DNA of 64,000 bases, from positions 8,587 to 72,586 of the forward strand of contig JBDRLB010000026.1 of the NCBI GenBank assembly GCA_043813365.1, written 5' to 3'. Source of the DNA: Candidatus Micrarchaeota archaeon. Its GTDB lineage: Archaea; Micrarchaeota; Micrarchaeia; Norongarragalinales; SBBD01. Shown piece after piece: positions 28,894 through 37,907 of this stretch (position 1 is the stretch's first letter; every line of letters begins with the position of its first letter). A program made the translations under genes and the position numbers. Under the pieces are notes generated by a model. The model saw only the letters and a list, made by a program, of their open reading frames with translations, was not told where the DNA came from and ran no database searches.

Positions 28894-30558
28894 GTGGTAG
28901 AAATGTTCGATTTCCTGAAGAAAAAGATCAAGGACTTTGTAGGCACCATCACCCGCAAGGAGGAAACAGCAGCGGAAGAGCAGAAACTGGAAGGGCAGCC
29001 CCTCGAGAAGGAAATCCCCGTTGAAAAACCGGCTGAGCAGCAAAAAGCGGAAGGGGCGGCAATGGAAATAGCTCGCGAACCGGAACCAACCGAACCCCTT
29101 GCTGTTTTGGAAAAAAAAATTTCCGAACCCGTTGAACCTCCTAAGGAAAAACCCGTTGAAACCCTCAAGGAAGAGGCTGCCGAGGCTATTTTGGAGGAAG
29201 TGGAAACAGCCGAAAGCATCGAATTGGGGAAAATTGTCAAGGAGGAGCCGGCACCGGAAAAGGAAATAACCGGGAAGGACATTGCGGCCGAAAAGGAAAT
29301 CCCAATCGAAAAACTTAAGCCGAAAATTGCCTCCATCCCTCAAGTAAAAACTGAAAAAATAATTGAGGTCGCGGTCAGGACTGCTCCGGTGCAGCCTGAA
29401 CAAATTGCCGAAGAGCGCAGGAAACTCGAGGAAAAAGTGCTTGTGGAAGAGATCCAGAAGGAATCGCAGGGGGAGGACAAAGAGGAGAAGGAAATCGAGG
29501 AGCTCGTTGGCGGAACGGTTGAGGGAGAAATCAAGGCGGAGGCAAAAGCAGCCGAGCGCAAAATTGTTGATGACAAGAGGAAGGAAGAGATCGCGAAGAA
29601 GGTCTTCACGAAGGAGAAGGAGGAATTCCTCGCAGGGGGCAAGGAAAGGGAGATGAAGCCCAAGGTGGGGCTGTTCTCGCAGATAAAAGGATTGTTCACC
29701 GGGGAAGTGGAGATCAAGGAGAGCGATACCGGGGAGCTTTTCAAGCAATTCGAAATGGCACTCCTTGAGAGCGACGTCTCATTCCTTACGGCGCAGGCAC
29801 TAATAACCGACCTAAAAAACCGCCTTGTCGGCAGGAGGGTGAAAACGGGGAAAATCGGGGAGGAAGTGAAGAAGGAAATCGCTTTCGCGCTCGCGTCAGT
29901 GCTGCAAACATCAAAATCCAATTTCTATGATAAGATTGCCGCTGCAAAGGAACAAAACCAGCTCCCGTATGTTGTTTTATTCATCGGCCCAAACGGAATG
30001 GGAAAAACAACTACCATAGCAAAGATCGGCCATAACCTGAAGGAGCGCGGCCTGAGCGCGGTGATTTCCGCAAGCGACACATTCCGTGCAGCTGCAATTG
30101 AGCAGGCGGAGCATCACGGGAGCAAGCTGGGGATTAAAGTAATCAAGCACAAGTATGGTGCGGATCCGGCTGCTGTTGCATTCGATGCGATAAAGCATGC
30201 GAAGGCGCACGGGATTGATATTGTTTTGATCGATACTGCAGGCAGGCAGGACACCAACCTGAATCTGCTCCATGAGATGCAAAAGATCGTAAGGGTGGTG
30301 AAGCCTAATCTCAAGGTTTTCATCGCTGAGGCAATTGCGGGCACCTCACTTGTGAACCAGGTGAAGACTTTCCATGAAAAGTTGGGGGTGGATGGCATCG
30401 TGCTCACGAAGCTCGATTGCGATGCAAAAGGAGGGGGCACGCTTTCCATAGCATACGAATGCAAGCTCCCTGTTTATTTCGTTGGCACCGGCCAGGAATA
30501 TGACGATTTGCTGGAGTTCAACGAGGAGTGGATTGTAAAGAACATCATGGCTGAATAG
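28894..30558 (+). CDS. ftsY: Signal recognition particle receptor FtsY with a long acidic/KE-rich A domain.
   Basis: NG domain with GPNGMGKTTTIAKIG, DTAGR and TKLD motifs. ~330-aa low-complexity N-terminal region. Confidence 0.85.
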   Translation: MVEMFDFLKKKIKDFVGTITRKEETAAEEQKLEGQPLEKEIPVEKPAEQQKAEGAAMEIAREPEPTEPLAVLEKKISEPVEPPKEKPVETLKEEAAEAILEEVETAESIELGKIVKEEPAPEKEITGKDIAAEKEIPIEKLKPKIASIPQVKTEKIIEVAVRTAPVQPEQIAEERRKLEEKVLVEEIQKESQGEDKEEKEIEELVGGTVEGEIKAEAKAAERKIVDDKRKEEIAKKVFTKEKEEFLAGGKEREMKPKVGLFSQIKGLFTGEVEIKESDTGELFKQFEMALLESDVSFLTAQALITDLKNRLVGRRVKTGKIGEEVKKEIAFALASVLQTSKSNFYDKIAAAKEQNQLPYVVLFIGPNGMGKTTTIAKIGHNLKERGLSAVISASDTFRAAAIEQAEHHGSKLGIKVIKHKYGADPAAVAFDAIKHAKAHGIDIVLIDTAGRQDTNLNLLHEMQKIVRVVKPNLKVFIAEAIAGTSLVNQVKTFHEKLGVDGIVLTKLDCDAKGGGTLSIAYECKLPVYFVGTGQEYDDLLEFNEEWIVKNIMAE

Positions 30559-30633
30559 TTGGAATAGAATTGAAAAAGATGGAACGATCGGGCCGCATAA
30601 TCATTTCCATATCGAAATTAGGATGAACAAATT

Positions 30634-30972
30634 ATGATGAGGGAAAAGCGCAGGTACCTGCAGCTCCAAATAATCTCCCAGAAGAAATTTTCCGAGGAGG
30701 AGGCAAAGCACCTTATTTATGAATCCGTTTTCCAGCTTCTTGGGGAGCAGGGCGCGTCCGAAGCTGCGCTTCAAGTGAAAGCGTTCGATTTTGAAAACCA
30801 AAAGGCACTCGTCAAATGTTCGCTTTCCTCCTACCAAAAGGTCATTGCCGCATTAGCGCTCAAGGCGAAATTCAGGGACCTTCCGGTTTCAATCCGGCTT
30901 CAAAAAGTTTATGGCACGCTGGAAAAGGCAAAAACCGTTTTCCCTTCCTTGAAGAAAGCAAAAGGATATTAA
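30634..30972 (+). CDS. rnp2: RNase P protein component Pop5 (Rpp14).
   Basis: KRRYLQLQIISQKKFSEEE...LLGEQGAS...VIAALAL fits the Pop5 pattern RRYIAFEVIS...LLGE.G. Confidence 0.6.
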   Translation: MMREKRRYLQLQIISQKKFSEEEAKHLIYESVFQLLGEQGASEAALQVKAFDFENQKALVKCSLSSYQKVIAALALKAKFRDLPVSIRLQKVYGTLEKAKTVFPSLKKAKGY

Positions 30973-30989
30973 GCGAATTTTCCCTAGAT

Positions 30990-31649
30990 ATGGGTATGGG
31001 AATAAAGTCTGCGGCGCTTGCACTCGCAATAATTGCATCATCCGTTTCCGCCCTAGATTACGTTTTAGTGCAGGAATACCTTGCCCCGCCAGAAATCAGC
31101 CAAGCCGCCTTCACCGGCAACAACGTACTCGAGGGGCTTGATTGCCTCGGAAAGATACCTGCATCGCTCTGCGAGGAATACAAAGGATACATCCTATCGA
31201 GCACCGAAAAATACTTCCCCTACAGGTGCGCCTCCAAATTCTCACCCCAGAAATTCGCGGTTGTGATCTACTTCCAGGCGCAGCACGAGAGCGCAAAAAC
31301 CTGGAATAAGAACGCATACCTCGCAGCAGATCCCAAAAAAGGGATTATACTGGCATCCCACGGGCTCATGCAATTCACTGAAGATACTTCAAATTACCTC
31401 GGCATCGGAAAAGCAGGTGCATATGAGCCCCGCATCGCAATTCCAGCTGCAGTGAAATACATGGCCAGCTTCCTCACAAACCCCAAAACCGGCTGCAATT
31501 ACGGGCTCGCGCTTGCCGCCTACAACGCCGGTCCCAAATACATCGGCACCATCCCGCAAAACCGCTGGACCCCGAATTACGTCGGAATGATTTCTAGCGA
31601 AGTGGAGAGCTACTGGAGATCCGTCCAGCTTGCGGCACCGACTGCCTAA
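30990..31649 (+). CDS. Secreted SLT-domain (GH23-like) lytic transglycosylase.
   Basis: Signal peptide MGMGIKSAALALAIIASSVSA. Catalytic-region motifs HES...GLMQF...AYNAGP. Start set at the internal Met after the Pop5 stop. Confidence 0.6.
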   Translation: MGMGIKSAALALAIIASSVSALDYVLVQEYLAPPEISQAAFTGNNVLEGLDCLGKIPASLCEEYKGYILSSTEKYFPYRCASKFSPQKFAVVIYFQAQHESAKTWNKNAYLAADPKKGIILASHGLMQFTEDTSNYLGIGKAGAYEPRIAIPAAVKYMASFLTNPKTGCNYGLALAAYNAGPKYIGTIPQNRWTPNYVGMISSEVESYWRSVQLAAPTA

Positions 31650-31658
31650 TTAGTGTCG

Positions 31659-32621
31659 TTATTTCTTCCCATGGAGCATTATCTGTGCGAGCAGGGCCTC
31701 GAGCTGGATGCGCTCGTTTGCGCCTTCAACGATCCGGAAATCATACTCGCCGACTTTATCGACGAGCAGCACTTTTTCCTTGTCGCCGATGTCCATGCTC
31801 GTCACTTCGCGGAAAATCTGCAAAATTACCTCCTCGCCTGACATCCCATATCTCAGCATTATCTCATCAAGCAGTTTTCGCGCCTCATTGAATGATCCCT
31901 TCAATGCGGCTTTAACCATCTTCTCCACTTCTTCCGGCCGCGCGCGGCTGGCGATTTTGTAGATTTCCTCGGAAGTGATCTTCTCCGAAATCGATGATGC
32001 ACCCTGCAGCGAGTTGATTAATTTTCGTGCATCCCCTTCTGAAATGTAAATAAGAGCTTCCTCTGCCGCCTTATCAATTTTCAATCCTTCTCCCGCTGCA
32101 ATCAATTCCGACATCTTCCTCAAATCTTCCTCCTTCAGCCTAGAGAAGCGGAAAACCGCGCACCTGCTCTGTATTGGTTCGAGAATTCTAGAAGAGTAAT
32201 TGCATGAGAGCACGAATCTCGTTGTGGAGGAATAGCGCTCCATCGTCCTTCTCAAAGCCTGCTGCGCATCCCCGGTCAACGCATCCGCCTCATCGAGGAA
32301 AATTATTTTGAATGGTACTGAGGTAAGTGAAAGCGTGCGGGCAAAATCCTTGATTTTAGTGCGCACAACGTCAATGCCCCGTTCATCGGAAGCATTTAGT
32401 TCAAGGAAGCACTGCGAGAACTCCTCACCGAATAGCTCGTGCGCCATAGCAAGCGCGCAGGATGTCTTTCCCGATCCGGCAGGGCCGGCGAACAGCAGGT
32501 GAGGAGGGTTCTTGTTCTTAACAAATGCGCTAAGCTGCCTCACTATCATCTCGTTTCCCACGACATCCGAAAGCATCTTGGGCCTGTATTTCTCGACCCA
32601 TGGTATAAACTCCTTCATCAA
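31659..32621 (-). CDS. rfcS: Replication factor C small subunit.
   Basis: PWVEKYRP. Walker A FAGPAGSGKTS. DEAD Walker B. SRC motif (QSRCAVFRF). Confidence 0.85.
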   Translation of the reverse strand: MMKEFIPWVEKYRPKMLSDVVGNEMIVRQLSAFVKNKNPPHLLFAGPAGSGKTSCALAMAHELFGEEFSQCFLELNASDERGIDVVRTKIKDFARTLSLTSVPFKIIFLDEADALTGDAQQALRRTMERYSSTTRFVLSCNYSSRILEPIQSRCAVFRFSRLKEEDLRKMSELIAAGEGLKIDKAAEEALIYISEGDARKLINSLQGASSISEKITSEEIYKIASRARPEEVEKMVKAALKGSFNEARKLLDEIMLRYGMSGEEVILQIFREVTSMDIGDKEKVLLVDKVGEYDFRIVEGANERIQLEALLAQIMLHGKK

Positions 32622-32642
32622 AATCCCTCCACAAACCCCCGA

Positions 32643-33137
32643 TTACCTTCTCTTCCTGATTATGGAAATAGCGGCAAATATTATTAATGGGATAAGCAGC
32701 GGCGAGAATTCCGGAATGGTGAACGGCGCGTTGAATGGTTTCCGCGGAACCATGCATGAGGAAGCGGCCGTAACGGCGCCTGCTGCATCCTGGATAAACA
32801 CGCTTATATTGTAATCCTGGTTCAGCTGGGTTGACACCTGTATTAGCCAATTTCCGGGATTGCTTGTAGGATTGCAGAAGCAATTCAGCAGGTCGGTCTG
32901 GTCGCCATTTATCGTTACGTTAAGGCGGTAAGCAGCTGCAGTGGAAGTGCATTGCCTATCCGCACTGCCGAGATCGCCGCAATTCGCCATTGGCGGCGAA
33001 CCGTAGTACATGTTTACGGTGATGTTCGACGCATCCGTGTTGAATACCGTCGGGCACTTCATGAAAAGCGAATCAGCAGATATTCCTTGCGTTAGCAACA
33101 GCAATGCAATAAGCGAAATGAGGCCACGGAAATCCAT
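32643..33137 (-). CDS. Small Cys-rich secreted protein with a PEF-CTERM archaeosortase-type sorting signal.
   Basis: N-terminal signal peptide. C-terminus TIPEFSPLLIPLIIFAAISIIRKRR = PEF tripeptide + TM helix + basic tail. Confidence 0.5.
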   Translation of the reverse strand: MDFRGLISLIALLLLTQGISADSLFMKCPTVFNTDASNITVNMYYGSPPMANCGDLGSADRQCTSTAAAYRLNVTINGDQTDLLNCFCNPTSNPGNWLIQVSTQLNQDYNISVFIQDAAGAVTAASSCMVPRKPFNAPFTIPEFSPLLIPLIIFAAISIIRKRR

Positions 33138-33168
33138 ACTTCAAGAAAGGGAGCGAGATATATAAAGT

Positions 33169-33243
33169 TTACAGCTCGCCGACCCTTCTCTTAAGCTTCT
33201 TCCTCAGCCTGCGCATTTTCTTGCGAACCCATTTCCATCGCAT
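33169..33243 (-). CDS. rpl41e: Ribosomal protein eL41 (24 aa); missed by the ORF track.
   Basis: Minus-strand hand translation gives MRWKWVRKKMRRLRKKLKRRVGEL, the eL41 consensus MRAKWRKKRMRRLKRKRR. Confidence 0.5.
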   Translation of the reverse strand: MRWKWVRKKMRRLRKKLKRRVGEL

Positions 33244-33377
33244 TTTGCCCTTTTTTTTCCACTTTCTTGGCCGAGATCCCATCTAAGAAATTCACCATGT
33301 AAAATAAGACATTCTTTTAGCTCTATATCCTTATAAACGTTCCCCAGCTAAATGTTTTCCTGTTTTTTGGTGATCCT

Positions 33378-34631
33378 ATGAAATACTCAGTAAAGGACAT
33401 GAAACTTGCTTCCGAAGGGAAAAAGAAGGTTGATTTTGCGGAAGAGCATATGCCCGTGCTCATGAAGCTGAAGGAACGCTTCGAGAAGGAAAAACCCCTG
33501 CAGGGAATCAAAATCGCAGCGTGCCTTCACGTAACGAAGGAAACCGCAGTACTGATGAGAACCTTGAGGGCAGGAGGGGCGGAAGTCGCGCTTTGCGCAT
33601 CCAACCCGCTTAGCACGCAGGATGATGTCGCCGCTGCGCTTGCCGAGGAGGGATTTAGCGTTTATGCAATAAGGGGAGTTGACAACACGGAATATTACAA
33701 GCACCTCAATGCCGTACTGGACATGCGTCCCAACATCACCCTTGATGATGGCTGCGACCTGATTTCAACGATACATTCGAAGCGCACCGAATTGATGAAG
33801 GATATCATCGGCGGGCAGGAGGAGACAACTACCGGAGTGATCCGGCTGAAATCCATGTCCAAGGAGGGTGCTTTGAAATACCCCGTAATTGCGGTGAATG
33901 ACACTCCTACGAAGCACATGTTCGACAATGTTTACGGAACCGGCCAATCCACAATTGATGGCATAATCCGCGCAACCAACATTTTCCTTGCAGGGAAGGT
34001 TTTTGTGATTGCAGGCTACGGCCATTGCGGGAAGGGAGTAGCTATGCGAGCCAAGGGGCTGGGCGCAAAAGTCGTAGTAACGGAAATCGACCCGGTTGAG
34101 GGGCTGCGTGCTCATTTCGACGGCTTCCAAGTGATGCCGATGAAGGATGCGGCGAAAATCGGGGATGTTTTCGTCACTGTCACCGGATGCAAGGACGTCC
34201 TTACTACGGAGCACTACCCGCTGATGAAGGAGGGCGCCATAATCTGCAATTCCGGGCATTTCGACGTTGAAATTGATGTGAAGGGATTAAGGAAGATGGC
34301 AAAGAAGGTCGAAACAATAAGATCCAACCTCGAGAAATATTCCCTCTCCAATGGAAAATGGGTCTTCCTTATTGGTGAAGGCCGGTTAGTGAACCTTGCA
34401 GCAGCGGAAGGCCATCCTTCCGAAGTGATGCAGCAGTCATTCGGCTGCCAGGCGCTTGTTTCGGAATACCTTGTGAAGAGCAAGGGCAAGCTGAAGGTCG
34501 GAGTGCACGATGTCCCGAAGGAAATCGATGACACAGTTGCGGCGCTTGCGCTTGATGCGTGGGGCATGAAACTTGACATCCTGACGCCAGAACAGAAGCG
34601 ATACTTGGAGAGCTGGCAGGAGGGAACTTAG
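33378..34631 (+). CDS. ahcY: Adenosylhomocysteinase.
   Basis: 417 aa with an NAD-binding Rossmann glycine motif (VIAGYGHCGKGVAMRAKGLGAKVVVTEIDP) and an N-terminus typical of archaeal AHCY. Confidence 0.85.
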   Translation: MKYSVKDMKLASEGKKKVDFAEEHMPVLMKLKERFEKEKPLQGIKIAACLHVTKETAVLMRTLRAGGAEVALCASNPLSTQDDVAAALAEEGFSVYAIRGVDNTEYYKHLNAVLDMRPNITLDDGCDLISTIHSKRTELMKDIIGGQEETTTGVIRLKSMSKEGALKYPVIAVNDTPTKHMFDNVYGTGQSTIDGIIRATNIFLAGKVFVIAGYGHCGKGVAMRAKGLGAKVVVTEIDPVEGLRAHFDGFQVMPMKDAAKIGDVFVTVTGCKDVLTTEHYPLMKEGAIICNSGHFDVEIDVKGLRKMAKKVETIRSNLEKYSLSNGKWVFLIGEGRLVNLAAAEGHPSEVMQQSFGCQALVSEYLVKSKGKLKVGVHDVPKEIDDTVAALALDAWGMKLDILTPEQKRYLESWQEGT

Positions 34632-34637
34632 GCTGCC

Positions 34638-34660
34638 AAAAGTAGCATTTAAATACTTTT
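34638..34660 (+). promoter_or_regulatory. Inverted repeat AAAAGTA-gcatttaaa-TACTTTT with an embedded TATA-like TTTAAATA, between ahcY and the atp block.
   Basis: 7-bp perfect arms. The T-rich tail could also serve as the ahcY terminator. Confidence 0.35.
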
Positions 34661-34695
34661 TTCGGCTATGTTTTGTCGCTATTGGCTGCATTTTT

Positions 34696-35088
34696 TTGTT
34701 TCAGGCTTTATTGCACAACGTTCAATCCTTAGAGGTCGAACTTCATATGAAAGAGCATGATGATAACGGGGGCAAGGAAACCGCCTTTTCAGAAAGCCTT
34801 GAGGAGCTCAAGCGCAGGGAACTCGAATCCAAAACGGAGATAGAGGATGCGCAAAAACGCAAGGAGGAAATCATCCAGCAGGCCAGGAACGACGCCGCAA
34901 AAATGCTCGACGAGGAGGACGAGGAGCTTGAGGATGAGAAGAACAAGATCATCCAGAAGGGCATCAAGGAAATCGAGAAGGATGTCGAAGCCATAATCCA
35001 AAAGGCGCAGAAGGATGCCGAAAAAATCAGGAAATCCGCGAACCCGAGGAAAGTTGCGGAAAAGCTGCTTCCCGCAGTGCTGAAATGA
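34696..35088 (+). CDS. atpH: A-type ATP synthase subunit H.
   Basis: Small charged coiled-coil protein directly upstream of, and overlapping (ATGA), subunit I. An alternative start at 34747 (MKEHDD) is possible. Confidence 0.55.
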   Translation: MFQALLHNVQSLEVELHMKEHDDNGGKETAFSESLEELKRRELESKTEIEDAQKRKEEIIQQARNDAAKMLDEEDEELEDEKNKIIQKGIKEIEKDVEAIIQKAQKDAEKIRKSANPRKVAEKLLPAVLK

Positions 35089-37010
35089 TTCGAGGAGTGG
35101 AAAAAATGCTGACTCTTGAAACGATGCAAAAGGTGCGGGCATTCGCCAGCCGCGATGACCTACACAATGTCACATCCATCCTTTACGATTTCGGTGCGAT
35201 CCAGGTGCAGGAATGCAAGCTCACGCCGCCGGATTCGCCCATGCAGGATTTCCAGGAAATTTCCGAAATGCTCATAAGGCTCCGGGCCGAGGAAAGGCTC
35301 CTCGAACTGAAGGGCACCGCCGATTGGAAGGAGCTTTCCCTTGGCGATGTGAAAAGCAGGTTTTCCGCCATCCCGTTCTCCCAGGTGGATGAGAATAGGA
35401 AGAAGCTGCAGGAAACCGAATCAAAAATCCAGCAGCTGCTGGAGAGGAAAAATTCACTAATGCCTTTCAAGCGGCTGGGCATAAGGCCGGATGCGATTTC
35501 CTCGGAAAAGCTGCTGTTCTCATATTTCGAGATCAAACCCGGCACCGGCAATGCAATAAGGTCGTTGCTCAGGAAAATCCCTAACGAACTCCTTTTTGTT
35601 GAGGATGGGAAGAAGCATTATGCGCTCCTTGCATTTGATACGAGGCAGAATGAGAAGGTGCAGGCGGTAATCTCAAAGAACGCGCTTACTGTCCATGAAA
35701 TCCCCAAAATAGATAGGAATTTCAACGAGGAACTGCAGAACATAGATGCACAGCTCCTCAGCCTGTCCTCCGAAAAAGGCTCAAGCAAGAGCTGGCTCGA
35801 GTCCTTCAGGAAAAGCCAGGGCGGCGAAATTCTCGAGCTGAAGGAGGCGCTGAACGTGCTTTCGCTCAAGTCGGAACTTCCGTTCAAGTTTGGCCGCACG
35901 GATTATTTCTCCGTAGTGGAGGGCTGGATAGAAAAGAAGAATTACGATGATTTCAAGGCCCGCGTAGAGGCGCTAGGAAGCTGCCATGTTGAGGCAGTGA
36001 AGACGAAAGAAACGCCTCCCTCCAAACTGAACAACCCCAAGCTCATCAGGCCGTTCGAGTTCATGGTTGAGTTCTTCTCCCTCCCCAAAAGCAATGAGCT
36101 CGACCCGACGCTTTTCATTGCGATCACTTTCCCTCTTTTCTTCGGCTCCATCATGGGCGACATCGGCTATGGCATCATCTGCCTTCTCGCGGCAATGCTC
36201 ATCAAACTCAAATCAAAGGAGGATTTGATGAAGCGGATCGGCGGCATGCTCGCGCTTTCAGCATTCAGTGCAATAGTTTTCGGCATCATTTACGGCGAGT
36301 TCTTCGGGCTCGAGCACATGTTCGGCATCGAGCTGCACCCTCTCATACACAGGGCAAAGGAATTTGAGGAGATGGCGAATTTCGCCCTGCTGGTAGGAGT
36401 GCTCCATCTTGCATTGGGGTTCATCATCGGCGCATACACGAATTTCATCCACAAGCACTACAAGCACATGATCGCAAAGCTCGCGTGGCTGGTTTTGGAA
36501 ATCTCCCTCGTTACCATCATCCTGTACGCTCTTGACATTTCGCTTCTCGAAATACTCTCGCCGCTCAAGCACGTCATCCCATTAGAGGTAGCTTTGGGTG
36601 CCCTGCTTGTTTGCGCCTTCCTTATCGGTTACCTTGAGAGCCCGGTTAACCTTTTCGAAATCCCGACCCTTATCTCGAATATTTTCTCATACCTCAGGAT
36701 CGTGGCGCTCGGGCTTTCCGGAGTTGTGCTGGTGCTCATCATCAACCAGCTTCCTGTGGATTTCGACGGGTTTTTCGCGATGGTAACGTTCCAAAAGCCG
36801 TTCGATTTGGGGGCTGCAATAATGTTCGTGCTTTTCGCTACCGTATTGGTGCTGGGGCACATACTCTCGCTCGTGCTCGCAATTCTGGAGTCAAGTGTGC
36901 AAAGCTTAAGGCTTCATTACGTGGAATTCTTCTCGAAATTCTACGAAGGCGGGGGGCTGCCGTTCGTACCCTTGAGGGAAGGCGAAATCAGGAGGAAAAA
37001 ATCAGCTTAA
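35085..37010 (+). CDS. atpI: A-type ATP synthase subunit I (a-subunit homolog).
   Basis: 641 aa with a soluble N-terminal half and a polytopic C-terminal half. Conserved Arg-containing TM (SYLRIVALGLSG). Confidence 0.8.
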   Translation: MIRGVEKMLTLETMQKVRAFASRDDLHNVTSILYDFGAIQVQECKLTPPDSPMQDFQEISEMLIRLRAEERLLELKGTADWKELSLGDVKSRFSAIPFSQVDENRKKLQETESKIQQLLERKNSLMPFKRLGIRPDAISSEKLLFSYFEIKPGTGNAIRSLLRKIPNELLFVEDGKKHYALLAFDTRQNEKVQAVISKNALTVHEIPKIDRNFNEELQNIDAQLLSLSSEKGSSKSWLESFRKSQGGEILELKEALNVLSLKSELPFKFGRTDYFSVVEGWIEKKNYDDFKARVEALGSCHVEAVKTKETPPSKLNNPKLIRPFEFMVEFFSLPKSNELDPTLFIAITFPLFFGSIMGDIGYGIICLLAAMLIKLKSKEDLMKRIGGMLALSAFSAIVFGIIYGEFFGLEHMFGIELHPLIHRAKEFEEMANFALLVGVLHLALGFIIGAYTNFIHKHYKHMIAKLAWLVLEISLVTIILYALDISLLEILSPLKHVIPLEVALGALLVCAFLIGYLESPVNLFEIPTLISNIFSYLRIVALGLSGVVLVLIINQLPVDFDGFFAMVTFQKPFDLGAAIMFVLFATVLVLGHILSLVLAILESSVQSLRLHYVEFFSKFYEGGGLPFVPLREGEIRRKKSA

Positions 37011-37071
37011 AAATGTAATTAACGATAAAATCTCAAAGTTCATGCTTCGTACGAAGCAAAGGTGATAAAAA

Positions 37072-37296
37072 ATGGTTGAATTGGGAACCGGTTTGGTTGC
37101 TCTCGGAGCATCAATCGCAATCGGCGCTGGAGCCATCGCAACCGCTATGGCACAGAAGTCCATCGGAGCTGCAGGCCTTGGGCTGATGGCGGAAAAGGAA
37201 GGCAAGCTTGGGCAGGTCATCGTCCTGCTCGCAATCCCCGAGACGCTGATCATCCTCGGATTCGTCGTCGCATACCTGATCCTCCAAGTGAAGTGA
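37072..37296 (+). CDS. atpK: A-type ATP synthase proteolipid subunit K (c-subunit, single hairpin).
   Basis: 74 aa with two TM helices and a conserved Glu in helix 2 (AIPETLIILG). Confidence 0.8.
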   Translation: MVELGTGLVALGASIAIGAGAIATAMAQKSIGAAGLGLMAEKEGKLGQVIVLLAIPETLIILGFVVAYLILQVK

Positions 37297-37302
37297 TGCC
37301 CT

Positions 37303-37866
37303 ATGGGTTTGGAGGCATTGAAGCAGGAGCTTAACCGCAAGACTGCAAGCGAGGCAAGCCGAATTGAAAACGAAGGCAGAGCGGAAGCCAAACTGATAAA
37401 GGAGGGCGCAAGGAAGGAAATGCAGAAACGCCAGGAGAAGGCGGAAAAGGACGCGGAGAATTTCGTGGAACGCGAGCGGATGCGCATACCCGCAGCGAGG
37501 CTGAAGGCGAAGCGCATAATCCAGGACGCGAAATACAGCCTGGTGGATGCAAGCCTGAAGGAGCTTGCGGAGATGCTTGAGGCTAAAACATCGAACAGGC
37601 GCGAATACGAAAAAACGCTGGAGGCGCTCATCAAGGACGGCCTTTCGGAGGTAGGGAAATCTGCGCTCATACATGTCCGTAAGCAGGACGCCGCATTCGC
37701 AAAGAAGTACGGAAAGGTTGTCGAAATCGGTTGCATGGGCGGCGCGATCATTTCTTCCGAGGATGGGAAGCTGCGCATCAACAACACCTACGAAGCCATA
37801 CTGGAGCGCAAGAGGGACGAGCTGGAACAGCAGGCGTTCGAAGCGATGTTCGGGAAAAAGAATTGA
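37303..37866 (+). CDS. atpE: A-type ATP synthase subunit E.
   Basis: 187 aa with a charged N-terminal helix and a globular C-terminus. Position in the operon. Confidence 0.75.
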   Translation: MGLEALKQELNRKTASEASRIENEGRAEAKLIKEGARKEMQKRQEKAEKDAENFVERERMRIPAARLKAKRIIQDAKYSLVDASLKELAEMLEAKTSNRREYEKTLEALIKDGLSEVGKSALIHVRKQDAAFAKKYGKVVEIGCMGGAIISSEDGKLRINNTYEAILERKRDELEQQAFEAMFGKKN

Positions 37867-37907
37867 ATTCCCCCTATATAGCAAAGTTGGGCCTCATTTT
37901 GGGTTTG

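Noticed and set aside
28891-29921. Minus-strand ORFs of 285 and 193 aa.
   Set aside because: They are antisense to the low-complexity A-domain of ftsY. Repetitive GAA/GAG codons read as Phe/Leu/Ser on the opposite strand.
37002-37884. Two overlapping ~260-aa minus-strand ORFs.
   Set aside because: They are antisense to atpK/atpE/atpC and low complexity (Ser/Ala/Leu-rich). They are spurious.
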